Part shown: piece after piece, positions 10,235 to 23,013 of the stretch
Position numbering within the stretch: the stretch's first letter is position 1
Layout of the letters: the number at the start of each line of letters is the position of its first letter
Assembly (NCBI GenBank): GCA_951406725.2
Contig: OX597814.1
Coordinates: 21,452,001-21,516,000 of the forward strand
Origin: Octopus vulgaris
Taxonomy: Eukaryota
DNA: 64,000 nucleotides
Reading direction: 5' to 3'
Translations under genes and position numbers: made by a program
Notes under the pieces: model-generated
The model's input: the letters and a program-made list of their open reading frames with translations, nothing else
What the model was told of the DNA's origin: nothing
Databases searched by the model: none

Positions 10235-11804
10235 ACCTAAGCGACTATATGATATAGAAAATTGGTTATTTTACCAATGGTTCAATATTTCTTATCAACA
10301 TAAACAAATAAGTGACAACGCTTCACAGTGGGGTATCAGTAGATAAACGAAAACCACATTAATTTATATTCTATTCTATTTTTTTATATTACATCATATT
10401 ATGTTATATTATATTTTGTATTATATATATTATATATATTATACATTGTCTAAGCAACTAAAAAATTAAGGGAAACTATCTCGTGTTTTCAAATGTTAAA
10501 CTGTCACTCAACGAGGTAATTCACCGTTTTCTTGGAGAAAGAATATAAAACAGAGTGGTTTATTTATCTATCCCGAAGGATGAAAGGTGTCGGTGAGCCC
10601 CATGGCATTAAAACTTGGGACGTAAAAAGATGTTTTTGAGCTCCAGATCACCATTAATCAAACTATTTATAATCGAAAGTGTGATCATCTTGCACTTTTA
10701 ATCCAGTTACTACATTGTACATTGTAACTTAAACTTGTAGAATATGTTTTGAATGAGATTTGACTGCCATTTCTAACCGGTCGAGCAACACTGTGCAAGT
10801 TTCCCAGTGATATAGCTACATATTCCATGGTAGGTATTTAATCCACCATTCTCCAGTTTGCAGTATTCCATATATATGTTTCATTTAATGTGTCGTGTCT
10901 TGGTGGAAAGCGTAAAGTGTTGTTATTTCTGTTTCCAAATCTACTACAACTCAAACCTAAACAATGTCTGTACGGCTATTTCTCTTCAGAGTGAACTTCT
11001 TTGCCTCTTCCTAACCCAGATGGGAAAATATTGAAGCAGACAAAGTTAAACTCTTGAGAGGAGAGAAAAATAAATGTCACCAACTCCTTTTCGCCGAATA
11101 CCTTAAACAGCGTTGAGATAATATTCACCACGCCAAGAGACAAAAAGGGAGATTTGGTTACATTTCCACAGACCCGAAGAATTGAGTTTCGAAAATCGAC
11201 GCAAAATTATTAACCAGACTGGAAATATGGATATCCATAGCCTAGTTATCTCCCATATCTTACATAGCGAATGCTACTGATTAATTGGTGCTGTGATAAA
11301 GCTAAGTGACAAAGGAATATTTTAGCAGGTTTCAGAATGTACAAAATCCACAATTGTCAGCATTCAATCAAACCATGTCCCATAACGCTTGTACTGTGAA
11401 AGCGTTACAATGTAATCCGAAACTTGGACAACAAGTCTAAGAAGATATTACTCTCCAAAGAGAACATCGCATGCATAGTCAGCATTGAGAGACAGTGAAG
11501 AATTAACTATGTTGTGCTGACCTACGTAAATAGAAACTTGGGGAATAAACATGCATCATATTAGCAGGAAGTTATATACATAGGTATTTATACCACAAAA
11601 AAGGGGATGACGCAACAATGACAGGAATTTTGACCTCTTCTGTGTTTGTGATAGGCACGTCGCACCTCACCTAAAAAAATGTAACTTTGCAATTCAAGAA
11701 CACGAAATAGATACAAAATGCTTAGTCAAAAACAGATAAGAATGCCTCCACGTTGTTATACACATTCCAGTGATGGAGCTTCGCTTCTTAATTAGCAACC
11801 AACT

Positions 11805-12021
11805 CTCTTTACTCTCTCTTTACTCTTTTACTTGTTTCAGACATTTGACTGTGGCCATGGTGGGGCACCACCTTTAGTCGAGCAAATCGACCCCAGGACT
11901 CATTCTTTGTAAGCATAGTACTTATTCTATCGGTCACTTTTGCGAACCGCTAAGTTACGGTGATGTAAACGCACCAGCATCGGTTGTCAAGCGATGTTGG
12001 GGGGGGGGGGGACAAACACAC

Positions 12022-12061
<40 letters not shown>

Positions 12062-12258
12062 AAGGGTGGAAAGGAACACACGAGTTGATATATACGACGG
12101 GATTCTTTCAGTTTCCTTCTACCAAATCCACTCACAAGGCTTTGGTCGGCCCGAGGCTATAGTAGAAGACACTTCCCCAAGTTGCCACGCAGTGGGACTG
12201 AACCCGGAACCATGTGGTTTGTAAGCAAGCTACTTACCACACAGCCACTCCTACGCCT
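11805..12258 (-). mobile_element. tRNA-derived SINE family A (internal (TA)n(TG)n tract, AGAGTAAA-type tail)
   Basis: Head ggcgtaggagtggctgtgtggtaagtagcttg..gggttcagtccc (A/B boxes). Five further near-identical copies occur in the window. Confidence 0.9.
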
Positions 12259-14542
12259 ATAAACTCCTGCCTTTTAAAACGAATTCAAGTATTTTAAAAA
12301 ATGAACAAGCACAACATAACGCAAAAATGTAATAGGTTTCATATTAATTCCAATGTGTGAAATATTACAATCATAAACTAGATTACCCACCAAATCGTGG
12401 AATGTTACCAAGAAATATTTCGATTTCCTTTAGTTTAAAAAAAAATATAATTTACTCATTGTATATATTAATCCATAAACGATTCCACTATGTACTTATG
12501 TCATAGATGAACTTAATTTGATGTTTCTTTCCTGTAGGCTGATAAAATCGAAAACTCTGCGCACGTACAAACAAGCCATTAATTTTAATCGATTTCGAAT
12601 TAAGATATTGTATTCATTTTGAATAGATTCTTCTCTAACGCTTTGTCCAATAAAGTATTTTCGATGTTATAGTTGTTGTTATTGTTGTTGTAGGAAATAT
12701 AATTGGTGGTGGTAGAGTCAGGGCGGGAGCAATGTTGTTTGTAGTAGACGTGGCAGTATCGGCGTGGTTGTTGGTAGTGGTGTTTTGCTGTCTTATTTAC
12801 AAAAACAAACTAGTAAAGGTTAAAAGGAGATATGAAAAAAATATACTTACAACTTAAAATGTAAGAGGATTATTTGGTTTTTACATTGCATACGAGGAAA
12901 CTACAAATCGTAATGTTTGTATTACATACTTATATACATAGTTACACATATATATATGTACATAAGCATATATGCATACACACACATGCGAACATATGCA
13001 CATACATAATCATACTTATCCAACTCTTTCTCCTTGCCAAACTTCATCAAACCTTACACATTGTGCGCATGCTCATATACTCGCACACATGCATATGTGT
13101 CTGTATATGTGTGTGCATGTGTGTGTGTGTGTATTAGTGTATACATATATGTGTGTGTATATATATATGTGTATGTATTTATATACATATATATATATAT
13201 ATATACACACATGTATGCGCATACTTATGTTCACATATGTATCTTTGCTTATATATGTTTGTGTATATGCGTGTATCCGTGTATGCGTGTATGTATGCAT
13301 GTATAAATACATATACACACGTATACACGCACACACACACACATGATAGTTCAAGATACACACGCACAACACAAATAATCACAATTGCCAGGATGTATAC
13401 ATATCCACCTTATTCTTTATTCTTTCCACTTTTCCTTGTTAATACACCTACGCGCGCTGCGCATGCACCCATGCAAACATATGAAATTATGTATAAACGT
13501 ATGCATATACATGTATTTTTTATATTTATATATACACACACATATACATTTTTTTTCACATTTATACACACAAACACACACACACGTGTGTAATCTTTAA
13601 GAAATGGTTCTAGCAAATTAGGTCATATAAAGTCTTAACTTCCTGGAAATATTTTATCGAATGCGAATATTTTTTACCCGAACCGATAATCAATACATCT
13701 GTGTCCTATTTTCGGTTTATTAATTAAATAAGTAATTACTTGGCGTGATTCTAATTGTCTATTTGAAATGTTGATATATTTCTTTTTATTTCTTTCTATT
13801 GAATTTCGTTTAGAATGGTGAGACAAAAGAAAAGCGTCACTGGTTCTAATTGAGTATATGTCAGATACACATGTCCAATGTTGTTTTTTTATTCCTTTCA
13901 CAACCATAGCTACAGAATGGTATTTTAATCTAAGAATATAAATGGCTCGGCGTGAATATCTATTGACTTTGTAGTTAACACTCCAAGAAACATGCGAAAT
14001 AGTTAATAGTAAATCGAAATATAGGAATGTACGAAGTAAAATTAGGACACAATTCAATTTAGCATCTTAGCAGCATTAATTCTTTGTGAAGACATTTCAA
14101 TCAAACAGCCTGAGAAAATAACATGTGTATTTCCTGAATTAAAATGTGTTTGCTAGTTTTTGCAGTAGCCGTTATCTCTTTCGTAACACTATTTTCTCAC
14201 ATTGGCAAAAAGCAATGAATTGGTTGGAATGGTAAAATTGATTGAGTCGACAACAGAATATTATTGGTTCTTATTTTATTGGTCCCCGCCTCAAAATGTG
14301 ACTTATATATAGAACCTGATTGAATGTATCATTAATATTTCGGTTTCAAACCACGACCGACCAGAGTGTATTTCTAATGCATTTAGTTTTTTTTTTCTTT
14401 TATGTTGAGGAAATGTTTTGAAATATAATTTGGTTCGATTTGATAGAATAAAATTCTCTTGTATACAAAACAGGCCATGGACTGAAGTAAAAGCCAGGCA
14501 ATAACAACTGCTAGTATCACCATTAATACCTACGGTACATAG

Positions 14543-15100
14543 GGTGGTGAACTGGCAGAACCGTTAGCACGCTAGGCAAAATGCTTAGCCGGGCAAAAGG
14601 CTTAGCAACACTTGGCAAAAGGCTTAGCGATGTCGTGTTAAATGCTTAGCGACGCCAGGAAAAATGCTTAGCGATGCCGGTCAAAAGGCTTAGCGACGCC
14701 GGGCAAAAGGTTAAGCGACTCCTAGCAAAATGCTAAGCGATGCCGGGCAAAAGGCTTAGCGATGTCGTGTTAAATGCTTAGCGACGCCAGGCAAAATGCT
14801 TAGCGATGTCGGTCAAAAGGCTTAGCGACGCCGGGCAAAAGGTTAAGCGACTCCTGGCAAAATGCTAAGCGATGCCGGGCAAAATGCTTAGGGGTGTCGG
14901 GCAAAATGCTTAGGGATGTCATGCAAAATGCTTTAGCGGTATTTCGTCCGTCTTTACATTCTGAGTTCAAATTCCACCGAGGTCGTCTTTGCTTTTCCTC
15001 TTTCTGGTATCGATAAAATGAGCACTAGTTGAACAGTGGAGTCGATGAAAACGACTTAACCCCTTCCCCGAAATTGCTGGCCTTGTGCCAAAATTTGATA
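14543..15100 (+). mobile_element. tRNA-derived SINE family B with an internal 22-bp minisatellite expansion
   Basis: Head ggtggtgaactggcagaaccgttagcacg and body gagttcaaattccaccgaggtcg..tttgc match 58266-58680. Confidence 0.85.
14570..14938 (+). repeat. 22-bp minisatellite (gcgacgccgggcaaaatgctta-like) with a 132-bp higher-order period
   Basis: About 16-17 units. The variant gcgatgtcgtgttaaatgctta recurs at 14627 and 14759, 6 units apart. Confidence 0.9.
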
Positions 15101-17439
15101 CTAATATCTAAGCCACTTCACATACAACTTTTGGTTTAGTTTTTATAAAAATGACGAACATCTGCAACTCCTCATAAAGAGAGTTAACATCCAACCACGT
15201 AATGCATAGGAGACTCCTACTTTAACAACGAAATCAATAACAGGAATTGTTTTTACTTTTACATAGTGAATTTCTATTTTTACAATTTATTCCTAACCCT
15301 ATTCCCAAGGAGTAAGATGAATTAGTTCATAAATACATTTGAAAACACTTTATAATGAAAACATCAGGAAGTCCATATAAAGGTTAATTACTGCGATTGC
15401 ACTCTGGGTCCATTGAGTTTAATAGCATAATTTACTGTTTCAAACAAATATAACATTTGTTTTAAAGAGAAATAAAAATCAGCTGAATCTAGTTCGGTAG
15501 ATTATTAGCAATGTTGGGAAAATGAGAATAAATAAGGAACAGGAATATTTTGCTTGCCAAATTAGGAAATTACCAACTCAGTATTCCACTGTTATTTCTA
15601 ACTTCACCTTATGATTATAATTATCAACTTAGTGTTAATATATTCAATACATGAAGTATTAAAAGACCTAAGTAAGAATATTAGTTAATGTCTAACTTTT
15701 GTTTACATAGTTTTGGAAAATAGAAGAGACAACTTCGATTATATTTTGGTATTATGCGGGCCTCTTCAGCGAAACATAGCTCTCGGCGTATTGTCAAAGT
15801 AGTGATGAGAGGAACATTAAACAAATATAAAGATTATATATATTTGATGACGTAAAACAGCGGGGCTCCTTGATCAGGACCACATAGATCCGGCTTCGTT
15901 TCCACTACGCGAAAGATTATCGAATAAACACACACACACATTCACACGTGTATGTGTCCGTTTGTGTGTGTGTGTGTGATTGAGTGTGTGTGTGTGCACG
16001 CGTGCGTGTATGTGTGTGTGTGTTATTATTTAGCTGTGTTTGTAGATGTTTTGTCAATGAAAAAAGACCGTTTTCAAACCTAGAACCAAGGGTCCTTCAC
16101 TGATATTTCAACGATCGCAACAGGCTAGCTGTTCACGTATGTGTATATATGTGCAAGTATTTAGATTCGGAATATGTACAGTTCTGTATGGTTTGTTTCA
16201 TGTGCATTCGTGCATATAGTTGCATGTCGATATGTGCAACTGTACTTATATGCTAAACTTTTGGAAAGTTTTACATATTTTGAGAGTTCCACTGATTGCT
16301 TTATCTGTAGTCTTGCAATTAACACTCTCCTTTTTGGTTCTGAGAAGTCTAATTTTTGAAGCTATCAATGCATATTGAGAGTTCCTGTGCTCTAGGTGTC
16401 GGGAATACACACGGCAAGAAATGGAAACAAAATTGAAGAAAGAAGAAAAACTCATTATATCGTGTTGGAGGGGGAGTGTGGAGGGGTGCGTATGTATGTA
16501 TATATGTTTGTGTGTATGCGTGCGTGTGTGTGTGTGCGTGTATATATGTATGTATATTTTTTTAAAACCGATATTTCATCTCCATCACTTGATGTTTTTC
16601 TTCTAACGTGAGATATAAATTTCTCTTCAGACAACAAAAAGATGATTTCATTGAATTTTGTTGTTGTTTGAAGGATCGTATGTAACTCAAATATCTGGAG
16701 ATCCACTGAATGGATCCATCTCCGAACAAATAAACTCTACCTCTTTTATTGAGTACATTTTTGCTTGTTTGTTTAACGTAGTGTTTATATGTGTAGCGCG
16801 TATGTGTAGTGGGTAGGTGTGTGTATGAATGTGTGTGGTTGTGTGTGCGTGTGCGTGTGTAAAGGCTTTAGGTGTAGACTTACTAAATGTCCATAAGCAA
16901 TCAGAAACGAAAAACACTTCTGATTATTGCAGTATTGATTCTGCAAATCAGAACCGGTTTTAGAAAGAAAGTGGAATTACAACAATATTTATATTACTTC
17001 AAGTCGTTATAGACATAACTGACACAAACATTTATCCACACATGTTCTCACATACACACATACATACGCATACATAAACACACACGTACATATACGTATA
17101 GACAGGCAGCACGCGCATATAAATACACACTCACACACACACAAACAAACACACATACACACACGCGCACTCACACACATACACACAAACACACACATAC
17201 ATGCACTTATAAATGGATACAGATATACATACATACGAACGTACGTATGTATGTATATATTTCATTTCAACAAAATCGGTGAAGTGGTCGGCAATAGCCT
17301 GTGGTGTTTACTTCTATTCGTGTGGTATCCCTTACGGTTAAATTCGACTTATCAATCTTTCCTGATAATTCCAGACTGGAGTCGATATCAGCGGAAAAAC
17401 CCCCCTTGAAGGTAGTATTTCAGTTTAAATAAATAAATA

Positions 17440-17680
17440 GATAAATAAATGCGCCCTTTTAAAGCCGAGCCAGGCTCATGGGCCCGGTTTCCCGGTTTCT
17501 TTGGCGTATGTGTTCCCCAGTCCATCGTAGCGTTACTCCTTTTTGCCAGCTGAGTGGACTGGAGCAACGTGAAATGAAGTGTTTTGCTCAAGAACACAAC
17601 GTGTCGCCCGGTCCAGGAATCGAAACCACAATCTTACAATCATGATGCTGACGTCCTAACCACTCAGCCACGTGCCACCA
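17440..17680 (-). mobile_element. tRNA-derived SINE family C
   Basis: Head ggcacgtggctgagtggttagg..gtttcgattcc and body gtgttcttgagcaaaacacttcatttcacgttgctccagtccactcagctgg. Ends in (TTTA)n. Similar to 60105-60360. Confidence 0.75.
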
Positions 17681-18096
17681 TAGTATTTCAGTTTGGCTGC
17701 AATATAATGATTGAAATCTTAAAAATAACAAAATATTATTAATTGCATTAATTCTTTAAAATTCGATGTAGCTGGCTGAGGAAAGAATTCTAGAAAATAA
17801 CTCCTGGGATTTGTGTTTTGTTCATGGTTTAGCTGAGTACGAAATAAAGATTTTGTTGAAAACAAAAAAACAATTCCAATAAACCAAATATTGTTAAATA
17901 TTGGTTTCTTTTGTAAGTAATCAAATTATAGCATGAACTGTGCATCTACGGCTATGTGAACTTCGGTAAATAAATGACAAATATACCAGGAAAACAGGCT
18001 TCCGCTATATCGACAATGTTCAATAGGATATTCAATATTTGTTTACAATGGATTCATATATATATCATTATATATATATTTATATATACAGAGACA

Positions 18097-18138
<42 letters not shown>

Positions 18139-18207
18139 GAGAGAGAGAGAGAGAGACACACACACACACACCAACACATACAAAAACACACACGTACAAG
18201 CATATAT

Positions 18208-18258
<51 letters not shown>

Positions 18259-18405
18259 GCATATATATACATATACATATATGTATATAAATGTATATAT
18301 ATGCATATATTTATATATATACATGTATATATATATATATATATATTCATGTATATATATATATATATATATATATACATGAATATATATATATATATAT
18401 ATACA

Positions 18406-18448
18406 TCAAATTGTATTGCTACTTTCTACAAATCAATTTGAATTGTTT

Positions 18449-18508
<60 letters not shown>

Positions 18509-18537
18509 TTGTGTGTGTGTGTATCAAAACAATTCAA

Positions 18538-18576
<39 letters not shown>

Positions 18577-18619
18577 AAACAATTCAAATTGATTTTTAGA
18601 AAGTAGCAATACAATTTGA
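18406..18619. repeat. Inverted repeat (about 46-bp arms) around (TA)n/(TG)n, with a partial third copy
   Basis: tcaaattgtattgctactttctacaaatcaatttgaattgttttga versus tcaaaacaattcaaattgatttttagaaagtagcaatacaatttga. Partial copy at 18522-18541. Confidence 0.8.
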
Positions 18620-18809
18620 AGGTTAATTATAAAGACCCGCAACATATAACTTTCTCACAAACTCGTATACTATTCATTGAAATCCATATTATAGCTGACA
18701 TAGTTTTATAATTTCTAAAATGTGCTATTCTCAGTGTTTCAATTCCTTTGCTTTTAGTGACATCGTCAAAAGAGGAAGGGTAGTGCTCGCGTTTTTATTT
18801 TCAGGGCCT

Positions 18810-19135
18810 CGAAGCTGGCACTTCGTCTGTTACGATGACAAAGGTTCCAGTTGATCCGATCAATGGAGCAGCCACCTTGTGAAATTGACGTACAGGTGGC
18901 TGAGTACTCCACAGAAACGCGTAACCTTAAGGTAATTCTCAAGCAGATTCTACTTGACAAAAAATGTAACAGAGATGGTCCTTTGAAATACAAGTACAAC
19001 TCACTTTTGTCAGCTGAGTGAACTGAGGCAACGTGGAATAAAGTATCTTGCTCAAGGACACAACTTGGCGCTGGTAATCGAATCATGACTTTACGATCGT
19101 GGACCGAAACTCTAACCCCTAAGCCACGCGCCTTC
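18810..19135 (-). mobile_element. tRNA-derived SINE, family C head with a different 3' body
   Basis: ggcgcgtggcttaggggttagag..gattcgattacc..gtgtccttgagcaagatacttt..cagttcactcagctgacaaaagtgag. Confidence 0.65.
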
Positions 19136-21341
19136 ACTAGTGCCTCCAAAATTGATGTGTCAAAGTTAGAAAGTAATCCTGAGGGCAGACACCTAATCCA
19201 AACCAGTAATTTTGAGAGCAAGAGGTTAGTCGATACCATTAACCCCTGTTTGACTGGCATGTTATTATATCTATCCTGAAAGGATGGAAATCAAGCTGAT
19301 CTCAGACTCAGCGAGAGTTTGAGCTCAGAATATAAAGAGCTGGAACCAAAACTGTAAGAAATTTTTTCCTGATGTTCCAGTTATTCTGCCAAATACTCAA
19401 CTTAACGTACCTACCTCAAAATATTTGCAAAAGAATTATCATCGCAAAGACACCCGAAACTAGCTGGTGATGTTAAACCAGGAGAAGGTTTAAATCTACT
19501 TCACAAGAACACAAGCGGCCAATCCGGACGGCTTCCACATAGTAACCGTCTACCAAAAAATAGGCGTCTACAATGACTGGGCTGACCCATGGCTATTATA
19601 GAAGATGCTTAACCATGGTACACTACACCTAGATGGAACACGAAGCCGTGTAATACGAAGCGAATTTCTTAGCCACGAAGTATATACTTGCAGCCAACAA
19701 AATAAAGTTAGGAATTTTATTTTGATTGTGATTATTTTATTTATTGATTCTTCAACTACGCAGTTGTGTTTGACCATCATCGAGAAACAAAATTATAAAT
19801 AAATATACCTATAAAATCAACCATTTTTACAATACAGCAAGGGAAGGAACCGTGTTGCAGTTGCTCATCCTGATAAAAATATCGGTCAAAATCCTCTTAA
19901 ATCCCAACTTATCTCAAATGGAGAATTCATTGGACAATTAAGTTCCCGATATACAAAATGCTGGTACGGTCACGGCTGGAATAGATTTGCCCGATCAGAG
20001 CAAATCTACGTTATATCAAATTTGTGCTTATTCAGAGCGAACCTGCGGCTAAATATTAATAACAACAACAACGCGGTCACATGTTTGATTTCTACACTTG
20101 AACAAATAACTTTTGTTTTCTTACTGATGAGTGCAAATTTGCTCCATGGTAGGAGAGTAAATAGAATATTTCATGTCTTATCCTTTACAACATAGTATTT
20201 CCTTGAAGGATAATCAATGCACTGATATAACACAGATCTGATGTTGACACTTATCAAAACGATAGTGATCATTAAATATGGAACTTTAAAAAAAACCCAT
20301 TTAAATGTCCTTATTACTATGGGAGAAAACAGAATTTTTGTATAAATACAATGCTACAAATTAAGTCAATCTTGCTTCTACAACCTTCATTATTAATTCA
20401 AAAATAACATTGTTGAAACGACTCAAAACGCCAGAATTTTCTTCTCTGCTTCTACTGTTGTATAGTATAGTAAAGATACAGCGGTGAAAATGTAAGTTTG
20501 TGAGAGAATGAGTGACTGTACGTACGTATGTGGTCGTATGGTTGGGTGTAGCTTTATATGTGTATATGAGAAAGCTCTCAGACATCTATAAAATATTACA
20601 ATTGTACTCCTAACGTATTAATCATTGTTTAGTGGCTTTGTAAGTAGAATGCTTTTTCAAGCCTGAACAATATTAGACGAGATTGGATGCTGAAATCATA
20701 TAAATAATTATCCATTTCACAAGATTGCGAAAGGAGCCGTTATAAATGAAAATACCCGTAAACTCTTAAATGAAATCTAAAACCTACTTTAAAATAGAAT
20801 TTATGGATACACTTACACGTTTCCTCATTTATTTACTTTGAAGATGAAACGAAGGCACACTTTGATAAACGTGCTTAAGTAGCTTGTCATAAAAGATTAG
20901 ATCTTCGTAAAATACGAATTATTTCCTCAATTTTGCTTTCAGATATATTTGCTTTATAACATATATAAATTCTAACGTATCTTCTTAATAAAACATCGAT
21001 AAAGTAATATAGAACTAGAGACTGATCACCGTGATAGCGAGATCACCCTTTCGAAATTATATTTTGTTACATAAACTTTAAAAGATTTGCATGAGATAGC
21101 AGGGATCACTAGCGTGGCAATATTAACTGGCTTCATGTATAGTTATGCTTGATATATGCTCCGAATCAACACTTTTAACCACAGAAACCAAGAAAATTCT
21201 GATGGTCGCAGTAATGATTTCACAAGTTAAAACTGCTTTTAGAAGGGAAAAGGGATTACAGCAATATATATATTACTTGCAACAGCTATAATCATATCTA
21301 CGTGCATAAACCTGCACATATTCAACCATACAAATTCTCCT

Positions 21342-21418
<77 letters not shown>

Positions 21419-21816
21419 GACACACACAGTATGCAGTGCATTGTATCCTTGACCAAAGCACGCAGCAATTCACAGAGCTCTGGTTTACAAATGAGTACCT
21501 ACCCGGCTCTTTTGCTCTTGCTTTCACGTTCTCTCTCTCTCTATCTCTCTCTCTCTCACACACACACACATCTTCTCCCCTCTCCCCCTCTCTCTCTCAT
21601 ACTATCTCTCCCTTTGTCTCACATACACCGTCTTCCCTCCTCTCTCTCTCTCTCTCTCTTTCGATTTGTCACAATCTCCATGTTCACTGGGTCAAGGTTG
21701 AGAAAGCCGAAAGGATGCCTATTGTTTAATTGCGACTACATAGGCACCAAAACCACTTAGCGAAAGCACGGGACATGCTACTAGATTATACTCGCTGGTG
21801 ACTGATATCTATAGTC

Positions 21817-21853
<37 letters not shown>

Positions 21854-22084
21854 AACTCTTTTACTCTTTTAACTTGCTTCAGTCATTTGACTGTGGCCAT
21901 GCTAGAGCACCGCCTTTTAGTCGAACAAATTGCCCCCAGGAATTATTCTTTGTAAGCCTAGGACTTATTCTATCGGTCTCTTTTGCTGAACCGCTAAGTT
22001 ACGGGGACACAAACACACCAGCATCGGTTGTCAAGCGATGTTGGGGGGACAAACACAGACACACAAACATATCCACACACATAC

Positions 22085-22152
<68 letters not shown>

Positions 22153-22158
<6 letters not shown>

Positions 22159-22658
22159 GTGAAAAGGAACACACGAGTTGATATATATGAAAAAACAAGT
22201 AAAAAATAGAAAATGCTAAAATAATTTTATAGTGAACATTTCAGTACCGGTTTCGGTCATTTTGAGACCTTTTCAACTGTAACGATTAAATAATTAAATT
22301 TAGAAAAATTAGAAGAAAAGTTTTTTTAAAGAATATTTCTATAGTAGTGTTCAGATTTAAGTGGCATTCTGCCTTTCTCTGACTCCCTTGTTAGCACTTG
22401 TGTGTTCGAGGTAGTTGTGAACACACAAGTGCAAACTACCTCGAACACACAAGTGCAAACAAGGGAGTCAGAGAAAGGCAGAATGCCACTTAAATCTGAA
22501 CACTACTATAGAAATATTCTTTTAAAAAAACTTTTCTTCTAATTTTTCTAAATTTAATTATTTAATCGTTACAGTTGAAAAGGTCTCAAAATGACCGAAA
22601 CCGGTACTGAAATGTTCACTATAAAATTATTTTAGCATTTTCTATTTTTTACTTGTTT

Positions 22659-22665
<7 letters not shown>
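22153..22665. mobile_element. PLE-type inverted pseudo-LTR pair (non-coding hairpin insertion) with a one-sided tail
   Basis: Arms about 22181-22416 and 22434-22665 are near-perfect reverse complements. Each carries a hammerhead-like motif. An extra 28-nt tail (22153-22180) is present on the left only. Flanked by (TA)n. Confidence 0.75.
22572..22609 (+). ncRNA. Variant minimal hammerhead-like motif (mirror copy at 22242-22279 on the minus strand)
   Basis: cag-TTGAAAA-ggtc-tcaaaat-gacc-GAAA-ccg-GTA-ctg. Stems pair, stem III is the palindrome ACCGGT, and the core deviates from CUGANGA. Confidence 0.5.
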
Positions 22666-22707
<42 letters not shown>

Positions 22708-22838
22708 AAAATAGTAAAGAGTGAAAAAACGACAGAAGGTTTAAATGTTAAAGAATATATATATTTGCGTCAATATGTCTGGAGAATATTGGAAAAATTG
22801 TTTTCCTTTCTTATAATGACATAATTTTATAATTTTTA

Positions 22839-22877
22839 AAGAAAGACCGGTTTCGCATTTAGCTCTTCAAATTTCTT
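22839..22877 (-). ncRNA. Minimal hammerhead-like motif in the PLE 3' pseudo-LTR
   Basis: aagaaa-t-TTGAAGA-gc-taaat-gc-GAAA-ccg-GTC-tttctt. Six-bp stem I, palindromic stem III, GUC cleavage triplet, located downstream of the PLE ORF. Confidence 0.6.
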
Positions 22878-23013
22878 GCGACGTAATGTTTATCTTTAAT
22901 AGCGTTATCCTTGTTTTTTTGCTACGGAGAGTTCTAAATAAGGGAAGGTAGTGCGTGATTTCTTCCGGTGTAAGGGAGATAATCGCTTAAAAAAATTTTT
23001 TTTCCTTTTTCTC

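Noticed and set aside
10231-10370. Short insert in (TA)n with a CTGATA..GAAG hammerhead-like trace on the minus strand
   Set aside because: Core and stems are too degenerate to call.
14570-14938. CRISPR-like regular array
   Set aside because: Contiguous 22-bp tandem units without unique spacers, derived from a SINE head. Eukaryotic context with no cas genes.
16620-16690. Possible host exon (ttctcttcag...gtatgt)
   Set aside because: Only generic splice-like motifs. No recognisable protein and no partner exons.
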